Source: Candidatus Thalassarchaeaceae archaeon (GTDB taxonomy: Archaea; Thermoplasmatota; Poseidoniia; Poseidoniales; Thalassarchaeaceae). From it: 24,268 bases of DNA. A model generated the notes under the pieces. The model was not told the origin of the DNA, did no database searches, and saw only the letters and a program-made list of their open reading frames with translations. The stretch's first letter is position 1, and each line of letters starts with the position of its first letter. The stretch lies in assembly GCA_013330385.1 (NCBI GenBank), contig DUIL01000143.1, positions 642 to 24,909 of the forward strand. Direction: 5' to 3'. Both the position numbers and the translations under genes were made by a program. Of the stretch, positions 15,771 through 24,268 are shown piece after piece.

Positions 15771-18143
15771 TTACTTCTGTTTACGATAGGGCTTGCGAAC
15801 TCTCCCCGGTCCAAACTGTAGTGCGGCATAAGAAATAGCCATGATTCCAATGGCTCCTACAATTAATGCCGGTTTTCGATCTATTCCATTATCTCCATTA
15901 TTTCCATCTTCCCTTCCTTCTGAATCGATAGAGATAGATAACTCATTATTATCTTCATTTGTTTCTTCTATGGAGGCGGTTCCATCAACGACGGATTTGA
16001 TGACAATTTGTCCTGATGTGTCTATTCTTGTATCACATGTGGCCACACCTAGTCCCCCTGGTGCTAATGTATCGATTATGGTTGAGCCTACAAGTATTCC
16101 ATCAACCCAACATCTTACATCTAATGTGTTAGCAGTACCTCTCCCTTGATTGCGAACATAGACCTTAATTTCGACTATATCGCCTTCGTCAATACTATCT
16201 ACCGAAATGCCACTCTCCCAGATTTCTATATTTTCTATAATGAGGTCTGATTTGGCGGTTACTACAACTTCAATACTCTGTACTATGTCATTTGTTCCAT
16301 CACTAATGCTAATTTCTACTGTATGTACTCCAGCCTCAACAGGTGTTAGAATTAAATCACCAAACGAATCAAAAGTAGCCCATGAGCGTGATGTTGAGAT
16401 GGTCAAATCAGAGGTATCCGGGTCGGTGATTTCCAAATCAATAATCCTAGTAGTACCTAGCTCAACATAAGTAGAAACAGGGAGCCCAGATATGGATGGG
16501 GCATCTTCAACAGATTCTATGTTTACATTGAAGGAACCAGACCATGTATTTCCACTCTCATCAGATACAATGACTTCAATCTGTGTAGAACCACTAGCGT
16601 CTTTGATAGGCTGAATTCGTATGTCTCCATTGACGGTAGAGGCAGTGACTAGTTGGTCATCTCCAGTAAATGCTTGAACCTCCAAGTCTTCCCAATAGGT
16701 AAGGTCATCTTCACATCTACTAGCCATGGCAATGAGAGCTCCACCTCCGTCTTCAATCAAATTCATGGACTCAGGGGCTGAGCAGGTTACATTCAGGTCC
16801 CAAACTAGGTTATATCCACCAACGATAGACATAGAATCAATGTGTACTACTGTAGATTCAGGTGTCCCATCTGAAGACCATTGAAATCTCGTTGCGACAC
16901 CAACTTCCAGAGCATCTCCTGCACTGGGTAGTGCATGTCCTATAGGTACTTGGAAGCCAAATGAACCAACTGTGAGTGGCAAAGAATGTACCAAAGTATT
17001 CCCTATTGCGAATTTCACATCACTATAACTCCCAGCAAGGCCATCAACAGATCCTGCTATAGTTCCTGTAACTTCGAGATATGGATTATTTACATCAATA
17101 CGAACAGAATTAACACAGCCATCTTGAATCTCAATTCGTATATGTTGTAATGAGTCTGGATTCTCCAGAATATCACCCGAATAAACTTGAGAATAATCGC
17201 CATCAATATCGTCAGAAAGAACCCAAATTGTGTGATTTCCAGTTCCAAAAACATGTATCCTGCCTAATGATTGATCATATGGCACTGGGACATCAAAAGT
17301 CCAAATCCCATCTTCGTTTCCATCATTAGTTAGTCCACAATTTTCCACAGTTAGGTCTTGGGTATTGCCATCATAGGGTCCGTAATCAAGAACCGGAATT
17401 GGCAATCCTATTGTTGTGTGCAATGCTTTAACAGTTTCAAAAGAATACCAAGGTTGATGATATTTCACACGGATCCCAACTGCATCAACTCGGACTTCTG
17501 AATCATCAGGTGCTCCATCGGAGACATAATCTACCGTGATTGATGCAGCAGAGAGGTCATTCCAATTCCATTCCTGTAGATTATCCATTGAGATAACCAT
17601 TGGTGTGGTCATTCTATCCATCGGGCCAAATGTTCGTGCAATGGTGCGCACTAATCTCTGAGGTCCATTTGCTTCTATAGTAACTCTGATTTCATCTGAA
17701 GGAAGTGCATCAGGGACTTCTAAATGAAGAATCATTGAGACATTAGCGATGACTCGAGTGCTAAGTCCTGTAAATGAATATCCAGTGACTGTAATATCAG
17801 GTCCTTTTGACCACGTGTAATATCCATCGGGTTCTCCTAAAGATGAATTTGAATCAGTGGGGCTTGTTGATGCCCATGAGTTCACTGTTTGATAGTTAGA
17901 AGGTCTATCATGTGTGAACGATAGTTCTCCATCGGCTATCATTCCCTGACTATAATCTGCCAGATCATTGGTAAAGGTCTTTTTACTGCTAATATCCCAC
18001 ACATCTGGATTTGAAAAATCACCAGCATTCAGCAACTCTATTCGGTCAGATTCGATAACAACATCTGCTGAACTCAGAGGCGTGAGTAGAGCCAGCAAAC
18101 AAAGCACCACAATAGAGGAACTCACTGTATGCGCCCTGCTCAT
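15771..18143 (-). CDS. Cell-surface protein: signal peptide, beta-sandwich and cadherin/Ig-like domains, CARDB domain, C-terminal TM anchor
   Basis: N-terminal IVVLCLLALLTPLSSA. Ig-like VEDAPSISGLP...DLEITDPD. CARDB pattern SDLIIENI...VYVRNQG...LAPGG...VDGTASIEETNEDNN. C-terminal TM ALIVGAIGIMAISYAALQF with a basic tail. Confidence 0.8.
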   Translation of the reverse strand: MSRAHTVSSSIVVLCLLALLTPLSSADVVIESDRIELLNAGDFSNPDVWDISSKKTFTNDLADYSQGMIADGELSFTHDRPSNYQTVNSWASTSPTDSNSSLGEPDGYYTWSKGPDITVTGYSFTGLSTRVIANVSMILHLEVPDALPSDEIRVTIEANGPQRLVRTIARTFGPMDRMTTPMVISMDNLQEWNWNDLSAASITVDYVSDGAPDDSEVRVDAVGIRVKYHQPWYSFETVKALHTTIGLPIPVLDYGPYDGNTQDLTVENCGLTNDGNEDGIWTFDVPVPYDQSLGRIHVFGTGNHTIWVLSDDIDGDYSQVYSGDILENPDSLQHIRIEIQDGCVNSVRIDVNNPYLEVTGTIAGSVDGLAGSYSDVKFAIGNTLVHSLPLTVGSFGFQVPIGHALPSAGDALEVGVATRFQWSSDGTPESTVVHIDSMSIVGGYNLVWDLNVTCSAPESMNLIEDGGGALIAMASRCEDDLTYWEDLEVQAFTGDDQLVTASTVNGDIRIQPIKDASGSTQIEVIVSDESGNTWSGSFNVNIESVEDAPSISGLPVSTYVELGTTRIIDLEITDPDTSDLTISTSRSWATFDSFGDLILTPVEAGVHTVEISISDGTNDIVQSIEVVVTAKSDLIIENIEIWESGISVDSIDEGDIVEIKVYVRNQGRGTANTLDVRCWVDGILVGSTIIDTLAPGGLGVATCDTRIDTSGQIVIKSVVDGTASIEETNEDNNELSISIDSEGREDGNNGDNGIDRKPALIVGAIGIMAISYAALQFGPGRVRKPYRKQK

Positions 18144-18249
18144 GACTCGTCAACGGTGGTCAACAGTGCTTCAATCCGTTGGTCATCTGAGTATGGACCG
18201 TTCACGCGGAACGCTTGAAATACAGTCGGTTAGTGGCTTGGATGCACAC

Positions 18250-18325
18250 GGCTGTGGTAGTGTAGCGGTTAGCACGGTGGGTTGTGGTCCCGCCGGCCCG
18301 GGTTCAAGTCCCGGCCACGGCCCCA
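18250..18325 (+). tRNA. trnH: tRNA-His, anticodon GUG, with encoded G-1 and CCA
   Basis: G(-1)-GCTGTGG...GTGGG-TTGTGGT-CCCGC...CCGGG-TTCAAGT-CCCGG-CCACGGC-C-CCA. Discriminator C73 lies opposite G-1, the His identity element. Confidence 0.97.
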
Positions 18326-18330
18326 CAAAT

Positions 18331-18972
18331 TTATTCTGAGTTTAGTGTTTCATCTGAAATTTGATGCCCCATGCGCTCGATTTTTGTCTCAATGTATCCA
18401 CGATTCCCTTCATTGATACCGACTACCAATGGCATGCGTTCAACAACTTCAATACCAAATTTCTTCAATTGTTCTTCTTTGTCCGGATTATTTGTCAATA
18501 GACAAACTCTTTCAATATCTAGAGATTTTAGTATCTTAGCTGCAATTTTGTAGTCACGTGCATCAGCAGGATGACCCAATATCAGATTAGCATCTAGTGT
18601 GTCGGCACCTTGGTCTTGAAGGTTGTATGCCTGTATCTTTGCATGAAGTCCAATGCCTCTTCCTTCTTGACGTAAATATACCAAACAACCCCACCCTACT
18701 CCTTGGATTTGTTCCATTGCAGCATCCAATTGTGGTCCACAGTCACATCTTAGACTGCTGAATGAATCCCCAGTAAGGCATTCTGAATGTACACGCACTA
18801 TCACGGGGTCGGGGCCATTCATATCCCCCAGAGTTAGTGCAACATGATCCAGTCCAGTAGTGTCTTCATGGAATACTCGAATTCGAAATTCCCCATGAGC
18901 GGTGGGTAGTCGAGCATCGGCTGGCACGTCATCGATTTCAATGAGGTCAACAGGCCTGTTTGGTACTGTCAT
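18331..18972 (-). CDS. ribA: GTP cyclohydrolase II, bacterial type (riboflavin synthesis)
   Basis: VRVHSECLTGDSFSSLRCDCGPQL (three Zn Cys), YLRQEGRGIGL, AYNLQDQGADT, DARDY and LLTNNPDK. Confidence 0.95.
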   Translation of the reverse strand: MTVPNRPVDLIEIDDVPADARLPTAHGEFRIRVFHEDTTGLDHVALTLGDMNGPDPVIVRVHSECLTGDSFSSLRCDCGPQLDAAMEQIQGVGWGCLVYLRQEGRGIGLHAKIQAYNLQDQGADTLDANLILGHPADARDYKIAAKILKSLDIERVCLLTNNPDKEEQLKKFGIEVVERMPLVVGINEGNRGYIETKIERMGHQISDETLNSE

Positions 18973-18997
18973 CAATATTTCGAAAAGACATCAGACC

Positions 18998-19024
18998 ATG
19001 AATCCATCCACCGGGATGATTCAT
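18998..19024 (-). terminator. Hairpin at the tusA stop / ribA leader
   Basis: ATGAAT(C)CATCC-ACCG-GGATG-ATTCAT, 11 bp with one bulge. On the minus strand it is followed 10 nt later by TTTT. Confidence 0.4.
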
Positions 19025-19257
19025 TTACGAATGTGGAATGTGTACTCTCCAGAATTCTCTGATACACTCAATAATTCTACACCTAGGCGTTCACACAATG
19101 CTGGCATATCATGCAAGGTTTCAGGGTCATCGCCGATTACTTCGATTACTTCACCCTCTAACATTTCTGAAAGTGCCTTGCGAGTTTCATGAACTGGTAT
19201 TGGGCAGAAAAAACCAATCAGGTCAAGACGCCTTTCTGGCGTCTTGCTTTCTTCCAT
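19021..19257 (-). CDS. tusA: TusA/SirA-family sulfur carrier protein
   Basis: LDLIGFFCPIP (CPxP), GEVIEVIGDDP, DMPALC and GEYTFHIRK. 78 aa, RBS GAGGTGA. Confidence 0.88.
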   Translation of the reverse strand: MEESKTPERRLDLIGFFCPIPVHETRKALSEMLEGEVIEVIGDDPETLHDMPALCERLGVELLSVSENSGEYTFHIRK

Positions 19258-19266
19258 GAATTCACC

Positions 19267-20691
19267 TCATACTCCCACAATCATGGGGTTTAGAGAACGT
19301 CCATCTAATTCACGCTTCTTGATTACATCAATTACATAGGCTGCTTTGTCAACGTGTATTTGAAATGTAGATGAATCATTCTCCATTGCAATTTCTCCTA
19401 ATGCAATTTCGGGAATACGTGCTTGACTGACAATCCAGTCTGCTAAAGCCCGCTTTGTAGTTGAAGTGCTTCCAACTTCGACCGCCACGCTTACCATGCC
19501 AAAAGGATCGGTGACTTCCGACCAATCATCCCTCTTCCGCACAGGGTCCCTTGAGATTCCATCTGGTAATTCAGGGGCCTCAACATAAGGTATTTCTAAA
19601 TTCCAAGTGTTGGATATTTTATCTAAGGATGCCATATCTTCTTTTGAGACGAGTGCCCATGCCTCTCCTTTTCGCCCCATTCTTCCAGTTCGGCCAATTC
19701 GATGTACATACGACTCAGTATCATCAGGTAGGTCGTAGTTCACAACATGAGTGATGCCCTCAACATCAATTCCTCGTGCAGCAACATCAGTAGCTACGAC
19801 TATTTTTTCTCGTCCGTCTCTAAGTGAATCGAGAATCTTCTCTCGCTTGTTTTGCGCTTTGTCGCCGTGTAGACCAGTGGCCTTCATACCAAACTTACTC
19901 AATCGTTCTTCCAAAAGATCAACCATACGCTTTGTATTTGTGAAAATCAACATTTGATCATTATCTTTCATATTTGCAATGATTCTTCCTAGGACCCACA
20001 ATTTGTTCGCTCTTCCAATACGGACGGCATACTGTTCGATTTCAGGAACTTCTACATCTAGGTCATCGCTCATTACAAAGACGGGTTCATTCATGAATTC
20101 CTCTGATGCATCTAGAACTTCTTGAGGAAATGTTGCACTGAATAGTAGAGTTTGTTCTCGAGATGGCATCTGTTCGAATATCCATAATACATCGGGAAAG
20201 AATCCCATGTCGAGCATTCGATCAGCCTCATCTAAGCAGAAATGAGTGATTTCCCCTAGTTTTAGGTGCCCTCGCTTAGCCATGTCTATGACTCTGCCTG
20301 GCGTTCCTACGATTATGTCAGCACCGGAGTCAAGCTTTTTCGCTTGCTTTTCGATATCTGTGCCTCCATAGACTGTCTGTATCGATAATTTGAGTCCTCC
20401 TTGAAGCCAAGAAATCTCTTCAGATACCTGGACGGCCAGTTCCCTAGTAGGGCAGAGAATAATCGCTTGTGGGGAACCGGTTGGTGTACACGATTCAATG
20501 ATCGGTATTCCAAATGCAGCAGTTTTTCCGCTTCCAGTTCGAGCCTGACCTACTAAATCACGTCCCTTTCTGGCAACTGGAATCGAACTAATTTGAATTT
20601 CAGTGGGCTGAGTCCAACCTTTCTCTGCTATGGCGGACGCCACTTCAGAGTTTAGGTCCCAATCTGAAAATACACTAGAAGTGTGGCTCAT
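19267..20691 (-). CDS. DEAD-box RNA helicase with C-terminal DbpA-type RNA-binding domain (DeaD/CsdA-like)
   Basis: Q motif PTEIQ, ARTGSGKT, PTRELA, TPGRV, DEAD, SAT, IFTNTK, ATDVAARGID and YVHRIGRTGRMG. C-terminal ~80 aa with a DbpA-RBD-like pattern. Confidence 0.95.
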   Translation of the reverse strand: MSHTSSVFSDWDLNSEVASAIAEKGWTQPTEIQISSIPVARKGRDLVGQARTGSGKTAAFGIPIIESCTPTGSPQAIILCPTRELAVQVSEEISWLQGGLKLSIQTVYGGTDIEKQAKKLDSGADIIVGTPGRVIDMAKRGHLKLGEITHFCLDEADRMLDMGFFPDVLWIFEQMPSREQTLLFSATFPQEVLDASEEFMNEPVFVMSDDLDVEVPEIEQYAVRIGRANKLWVLGRIIANMKDNDQMLIFTNTKRMVDLLEERLSKFGMKATGLHGDKAQNKREKILDSLRDGREKIVVATDVAARGIDVEGITHVVNYDLPDDTESYVHRIGRTGRMGRKGEAWALVSKEDMASLDKISNTWNLEIPYVEAPELPDGISRDPVRKRDDWSEVTDPFGMVSVAVEVGSTSTTKRALADWIVSQARIPEIALGEIAMENDSSTFQIHVDKAAYVIDVIKKRELDGRSLNPMIVGV

Positions 20692-20700
20692 TGAATCGCC

Positions 20701-20985
20701 TCAGAAGGATTCTGAATCGCTGATATCCTTCTGTAATTCACCCATCCAGTACTTTCTACAGTTCTCCTTAGTGAGATACTGGTTTTTACTCGAGAAACTG
20801 TGGTTATAGTGTCCCTTATCAGCACTCGAGAATTGTTCCTTACGCCTCTTGTGGTACTTCTGCATAACATGTTGGCGCATGTACTGTCGGAACTTTAGGG
20901 ACTTGGTACGGTTAATCCCTTTCGGCGTAACGCCGTCCCAGAGCCGCTCAAACTGCTCGAGCTTCTCATCAAAAGTCTCGCTCAT
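20701..20985 (-). CDS. Small basic hypothetical protein (94 aa)
   Basis: RBS GAGGA upstream. Overlaps the HEAT gene stop by 17 nt and ends 9 nt before the helicase start, so it fits the operon. Helical, K/R-rich. Confidence 0.7.
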   Translation of the reverse strand: MSETFDEKLEQFERLWDGVTPKGINRTKSLKFRQYMRQHVMQKYHKRRKEQFSSADKGHYNHSFSSKNQYLTKENCRKYWMGELQKDISDSESF

Positions 20986-22204
20986 CTTCTTTCCTCGCGG
21001 CCCGCCGACCTAACTCCTGTTTATGACCTTCACGCTTGGGCAAATCCACACCACTATGTGGTGGGAGGGTTGTTTCAGGCTCCAAATCATCATTTCCTTC
21101 TACTTTTTCAAGGGGGGCAAGAGCACGGTTCTTCTCATCTTCAGTTCCTTCCCAATCTACATCTCGAGAAAGCCGTTCAAGTTTTTTCCTTATTTCTGGA
21201 TTAGTCTCTTGACGTAGTAATTCGGTAGCAACCTCTCTTAGTCGATCTCCAGATAGAACAATTGAAAGTTGATCTATACACGCTTTTCTCAGGGCGGGGT
21301 CTCTATCGCGTGCCCCATCTTGAATCAGTTGCGCCACCCTAGGATTCTGCATATCCAGAGTTTTTATTGTACGGATAATGTTCTTGCGAACCCCGTTGTC
21401 GTCATCTAACATCGCGGCCTCAACTAATATTGTAGCAATTTTAGATTCACTATTTGCCAATGCTGGAAGGCAGGCCGAGGCACTTCGCCTTACCTGAGCA
21501 TCTTCATCTTGGAGGGACCAGGAAATCAAATCCCATCCAGTAGCGCCACCTTTGACAGTAATTGTTCGTAGAATCTTTGCCCCTCTTCTTCGTAAATCCA
21601 CATCTTCTTCTCTGATTAATTCGTCAAGATGAAGGCACCCGGTTTCAACCCAGTTAGCAGCGGTTTCCTTCAATGTGGCAAAAGCATCATCTCTGTGTTC
21701 TTTTTGAGAATCTCTTAATTCTCTCCTAAGAATCTCTTCACAACCGGATGGGAATACCGGTGCTGATTTTTTTAGCGTTAGACGTGCTTCCTTTCGTACA
21801 TCCGAATCATCCTCTCGAAGGCGATCCGAAAGATAGTAAAACAAATTTTGATGTTTCTTTATTGCAAAGGATGGTAAGACTTGGAGTGCAGCAATCCTGA
21901 TTGCTGAATCATCATCATCCAATGCATCACATAGAACCTCATGTGCTGAATCGATTTGATAGGGCGACACTCGACTCAATGCAAGAATACCATCTATTCT
22001 TCGAGCCAGCCCTCCTCCCTCTGAGCGTGGTATTTCCAGCATAGTTATACTACCTGATGCCAAATTGACAATTTCCCTAGTTGGGATCCTTTGCCAGATG
22101 CCATCTGGAGGTAGCATTGACCTGATATCCACCTGCTTACTAGCCCTTTTTTGGCGAATCGGACGCCCCGTTTTTGGGTCGCGAGCGATGTAATCACGTG
22201 TCAT
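20969..22204 (-). CDS. HEAT-repeat (alpha-solenoid) protein
   Basis: About 8 repeats of L-x-D-x-D-x-x-[VIL]R-x-x-A: ALDDDDSAIRIAA, RLREDDSDVRKEA, ELRDSQKEHRDDA, LIREEDVDLRRRG, SLQDEDAQVRRSA, AMLDDDNGVRKNI, GARDRDPALRKAC, LLRQETNPEIRKK. Confidence 0.85.
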   Translation of the reverse strand: MTRDYIARDPKTGRPIRQKRASKQVDIRSMLPPDGIWQRIPTREIVNLASGSITMLEIPRSEGGGLARRIDGILALSRVSPYQIDSAHEVLCDALDDDDSAIRIAALQVLPSFAIKKHQNLFYYLSDRLREDDSDVRKEARLTLKKSAPVFPSGCEEILRRELRDSQKEHRDDAFATLKETAANWVETGCLHLDELIREEDVDLRRRGAKILRTITVKGGATGWDLISWSLQDEDAQVRRSASACLPALANSESKIATILVEAAMLDDDNGVRKNIIRTIKTLDMQNPRVAQLIQDGARDRDPALRKACIDQLSIVLSGDRLREVATELLRQETNPEIRKKLERLSRDVDWEGTEDEKNRALAPLEKVEGNDDLEPETTLPPHSGVDLPKREGHKQELGRRAARKEDERDF

Positions 22205-22307
22205 ATCGGGGGGGCTGGAGGTGGCCGTCCTTATTCAATCAAATGTCGACAAGTTCTGCCAGTAAGACTCAAGCCAAATGGAGTGTGGAGAATATATTGG
22301 GGTTACG

Positions 22308-22952
22308 ATGAGTACAGGGGGTGATGTAAGCAGATTACTGTACACAGTATTTGACGACAGCCTTGTAGGCGGGTTGAGTAGAGAGAATTTAATCCGTTCT
22401 TGGTCACTTGAGATACAGTGGTTCACTCCTGAAGAGGCCGAAGAAATAGTCGACAAACTCATTGAATTAGAATGGTTAGAGGAAAAAGAGGGAACTCTTA
22501 GTCCAAGTATTGGTGTTCAATTAATCGCCCCTGAACTTGGTTGGAGACCAATGACTAGGAGAATTCTCACACACTCACCATTTCAGAAATCTACTTCACC
22601 TCCCTCCAACATTTTTTCCACCCCCACTGTGTCTCAAGGGAATATTGAGAAAAAAGATATGAAAAAGCATACATCTTCACTTTCAACACCTACTGTGCAC
22701 ACCAATAAAGCAGATGAGATAGAAGTAGTTCGAAGACACCCAATTGATAGAGCCGAGGCGAGTATTCCTATCTTAATCGAACTGATTGCTCGTGAATCCG
22801 GGCTAGAAAATAAGGAGGTTGTCCGTCGTGCTCAACGGAAACGTCGGGCTTTAGGGCCCGTTACATTATGGATGGCTTTGGCATTGGTTGCTAGAGAGCA
22901 GAGCCTAGATATGTTTGGCATAACTTCTGAGATTAATCGTATAGAGGATTAA
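22308..22952 (+). CDS. DUF2240-family archaeal protein
   Basis: LIRSWSLEIQWFTPEEAEEIVDKLIELEWL...APELGWRP N-domain, low-complexity S/T/P linker, C-domain LIELIARESGLENKEVV...ALALVAREQSLD. Start placed at ATG 22308. Confidence 0.7.
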   Translation: MSTGGDVSRLLYTVFDDSLVGGLSRENLIRSWSLEIQWFTPEEAEEIVDKLIELEWLEEKEGTLSPSIGVQLIAPELGWRPMTRRILTHSPFQKSTSPPSNIFSTPTVSQGNIEKKDMKKHTSSLSTPTVHTNKADEIEVVRRHPIDRAEASIPILIELIARESGLENKEVVRRAQRKRRALGPVTLWMALALVAREQSLDMFGITSEINRIED

Positions 22953-24266
22953 TTACTCACCATTTGAAGTTCTAATTTCTGCGGCTAGAAGCCCAGGTAG
23001 TACCAACAGTGCGAGAATCAGAGAGAAGGCCACAGAAATCGAACTGACCAATCCAAAATCACGGATTACAGGAACAGGGGAGAGAAGCAGGACCATGAAT
23101 CCGCAAATTGTAGTTCCTGCCGACATGATTAGCGATGCTCCAGTAGTTGAGTACATGTTTCGCATCGCCGACCAAGTGCCCATTCCATCACTTTGGTTCG
23201 CCTCAAACTTTCTCCAAACGTGGATGGAGTAATCGATACCTAATCCAATTGTGAGAGCAGTTGTCATCACAGTAAGAACATTCCAGTTTATGTTCAAAAG
23301 AGCCATTGCTCCTACGACCCATGATCCAGCAAGTCCAACTGGTAGAATGACAACTAGAGATTGCCCCAATCTGCGAGTTAATGCAAATAGGACCAATAAT
23401 GATACACCAAGGCTAAAGGATGTTGATTCAACAAGTGAAAGAACTAGCCCCGATAGTACGTTGTGAACAAGAATCAAGTCACCTCCAAGGTAAGTTCGAT
23501 ATCCCGTATCCGATTCGAAATCAGCTATGTGGTCTTGAAACACTAGAGCCAACTTTGAGGTTTCTTCACTATTTTGAGCAGTAACATCAACGCTTATTTT
23601 CAGATATAGTAAGGCGGTTTCATCCTCATTTAGAGCAACGAATCTTGCTGTCCTATCCCCCCAAGTCAAGTCTCTTATTGGGTCTCCAATTGTATCATTG
23701 TTCAACAATTCTTTGATTGCAGCAGCTACATCACCATCTTCGAATCCGTCGGTCTCTCCTACCGAACCGTCAAAGACTCCGAGGTGATAACGCTCACCAA
23801 AGGCCTCGTCAGCCTCTATCGCATCTCTGAGTATGGGGTAAATTCCATCGTATGAAGGTCGGGAATTATCCGTTCCTTCTGGCACAACCACATTATTCGT
23901 ATAAGCGAGGGCGCCGTCAAGACGTTCTAATTCCTTGAGCAAATAGTGTTCCTCGTACAATGCGTCTTCACCGTATGCAGGCTCAACAATGATGTCCACC
24001 GATTTTAGAGACTCAACTTCATATGCTTCGTACATTGAATTTCTTACCTCTATTGCGTCCATGTCATCACTAAGGAAGTCAGTTAATTCGAAATTTGTAT
24101 CAAGTTGCCCTAAAGATACGACTACAGAACTGGCAGTTAGTGCGGCAACCATGATGAGAATGACTCCGGTATGTCGTCGTTGGAATTCAGTAGTTGTATT
24201 TGCAAATTTATTTAGCTGCAGGGAACGATGTTTTTGTGCGCCTGCTGTTTTTTCAACTATTACATG
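22953..24266 (-). CDS. MMPL/RND-family transporter, C-terminal half; 5'-truncated by the window edge
   Basis: The frame stays open from 24152 to the window end. TM, large extracellular loop, then 5 TMs with the RND motif ALTIGLGIDYSIH, TGASLIMSAGTT and IRDFG. Confidence 0.9.
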   Translation of the reverse strand, partial: HVIVEKTAGAQKHRSLQLNKFANTTTEFQRRHTGVILIMVAALTASSVVVSLGQLDTNFELTDFLSDDMDAIEVRNSMYEAYEVESLKSVDIIVEPAYGEDALYEEHYLLKELERLDGALAYTNNVVVPEGTDNSRPSYDGIYPILRDAIEADEAFGERYHLGVFDGSVGETDGFEDGDVAAAIKELLNNDTIGDPIRDLTWGDRTARFVALNEDETALLYLKISVDVTAQNSEETSKLALVFQDHIADFESDTGYRTYLGGDLILVHNVLSGLVLSLVESTSFSLGVSLLVLFALTRRLGQSLVVILPVGLAGSWVVGAMALLNINWNVLTVMTTALTIGLGIDYSIHVWRKFEANQSDGMGTWSAMRNMYSTTGASLIMSAGTTICGFMVLLLSPVPVIRDFGLVSSISVAFSLILALLVLPGLLAAEIRTSNGE

Positions 24267-24268
24267 TA

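Noticed and set aside
6720-18325. Integrated element bounded by the two tRNAs
   Set aside because: No integrase, no duplicated tRNA 3' end seen, and the content between them is core housekeeping.
17968-18339. 123-aa plus-strand ORF
   Set aside because: It spans the antisense start of the surface protein gene and the whole tRNA-His; spurious.
18976-19020. FMN riboswitch upstream of ribA
   Set aside because: Only about 48 nt are available and none of the conserved FMN aptamer sequence is present.
20788-20832. ACTCGAGAA repeated at 36-nt spacing
   Set aside because: Only 9 bp twice within a CDS (encoding FSS twice); compatible with chance or a tiny duplication.
22208-22214. G7 tract just upstream of the HEAT gene start
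   Set aside because: A single non-coding homopolymer with no evidence of variability.
1090-23466. Remaining short ORFs nested in or antisense to called genes
   Set aside because: Each overlaps a well-supported CDS and shows no motifs or start signals of its own.

Overview
This is a gene-dense archaeal chromosomal segment. Gene content points to Marine Group II Euryarchaeota (Ca. Poseidoniales, Thermoplasmatota): DGGGP synthase, Cbf5, DUF106, archaeal cmk, archease, GPN GTPase, DUF2240, GGAGGTGA-type RBSs and large acidic surface proteins. That assignment is inferred, not searched. The window holds 21 CDSs (two cut by the edges) and two tRNAs, Glu(CUC) and His(GUG). I found no CRISPR array, transposase or integrase. 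Most genes are housekeeping. Four things stand out. (1) A 917-aa cytoplasmic protein has a formin-FH1-like polyproline N-terminus, an acidic disordered linker, a core whose pattern resembles the eukaryotic mu-homology domain (AP-mu/delta-COP/muniscin), further DUF11-like sandwiches and a C-terminal Zn ribbon. It is divergent from a GPN GTPase and upstream of an Oxa1-family insertase with an extra basic Zn-ribbon tail. (2) A candidate ~150-nt structured ncRNA lies right after cbf5, with a promoter 9-mer identical to the one upstream of tRNA-Glu and a T6 tract. (3) A lysine-less lipoyl-like domain is inserted into a Ca-binding repeat protein. (4) A HEAT-solenoid/small protein/DEAD-box/TusA operon. 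All family calls come from motif recognition by eye; no database search was run.
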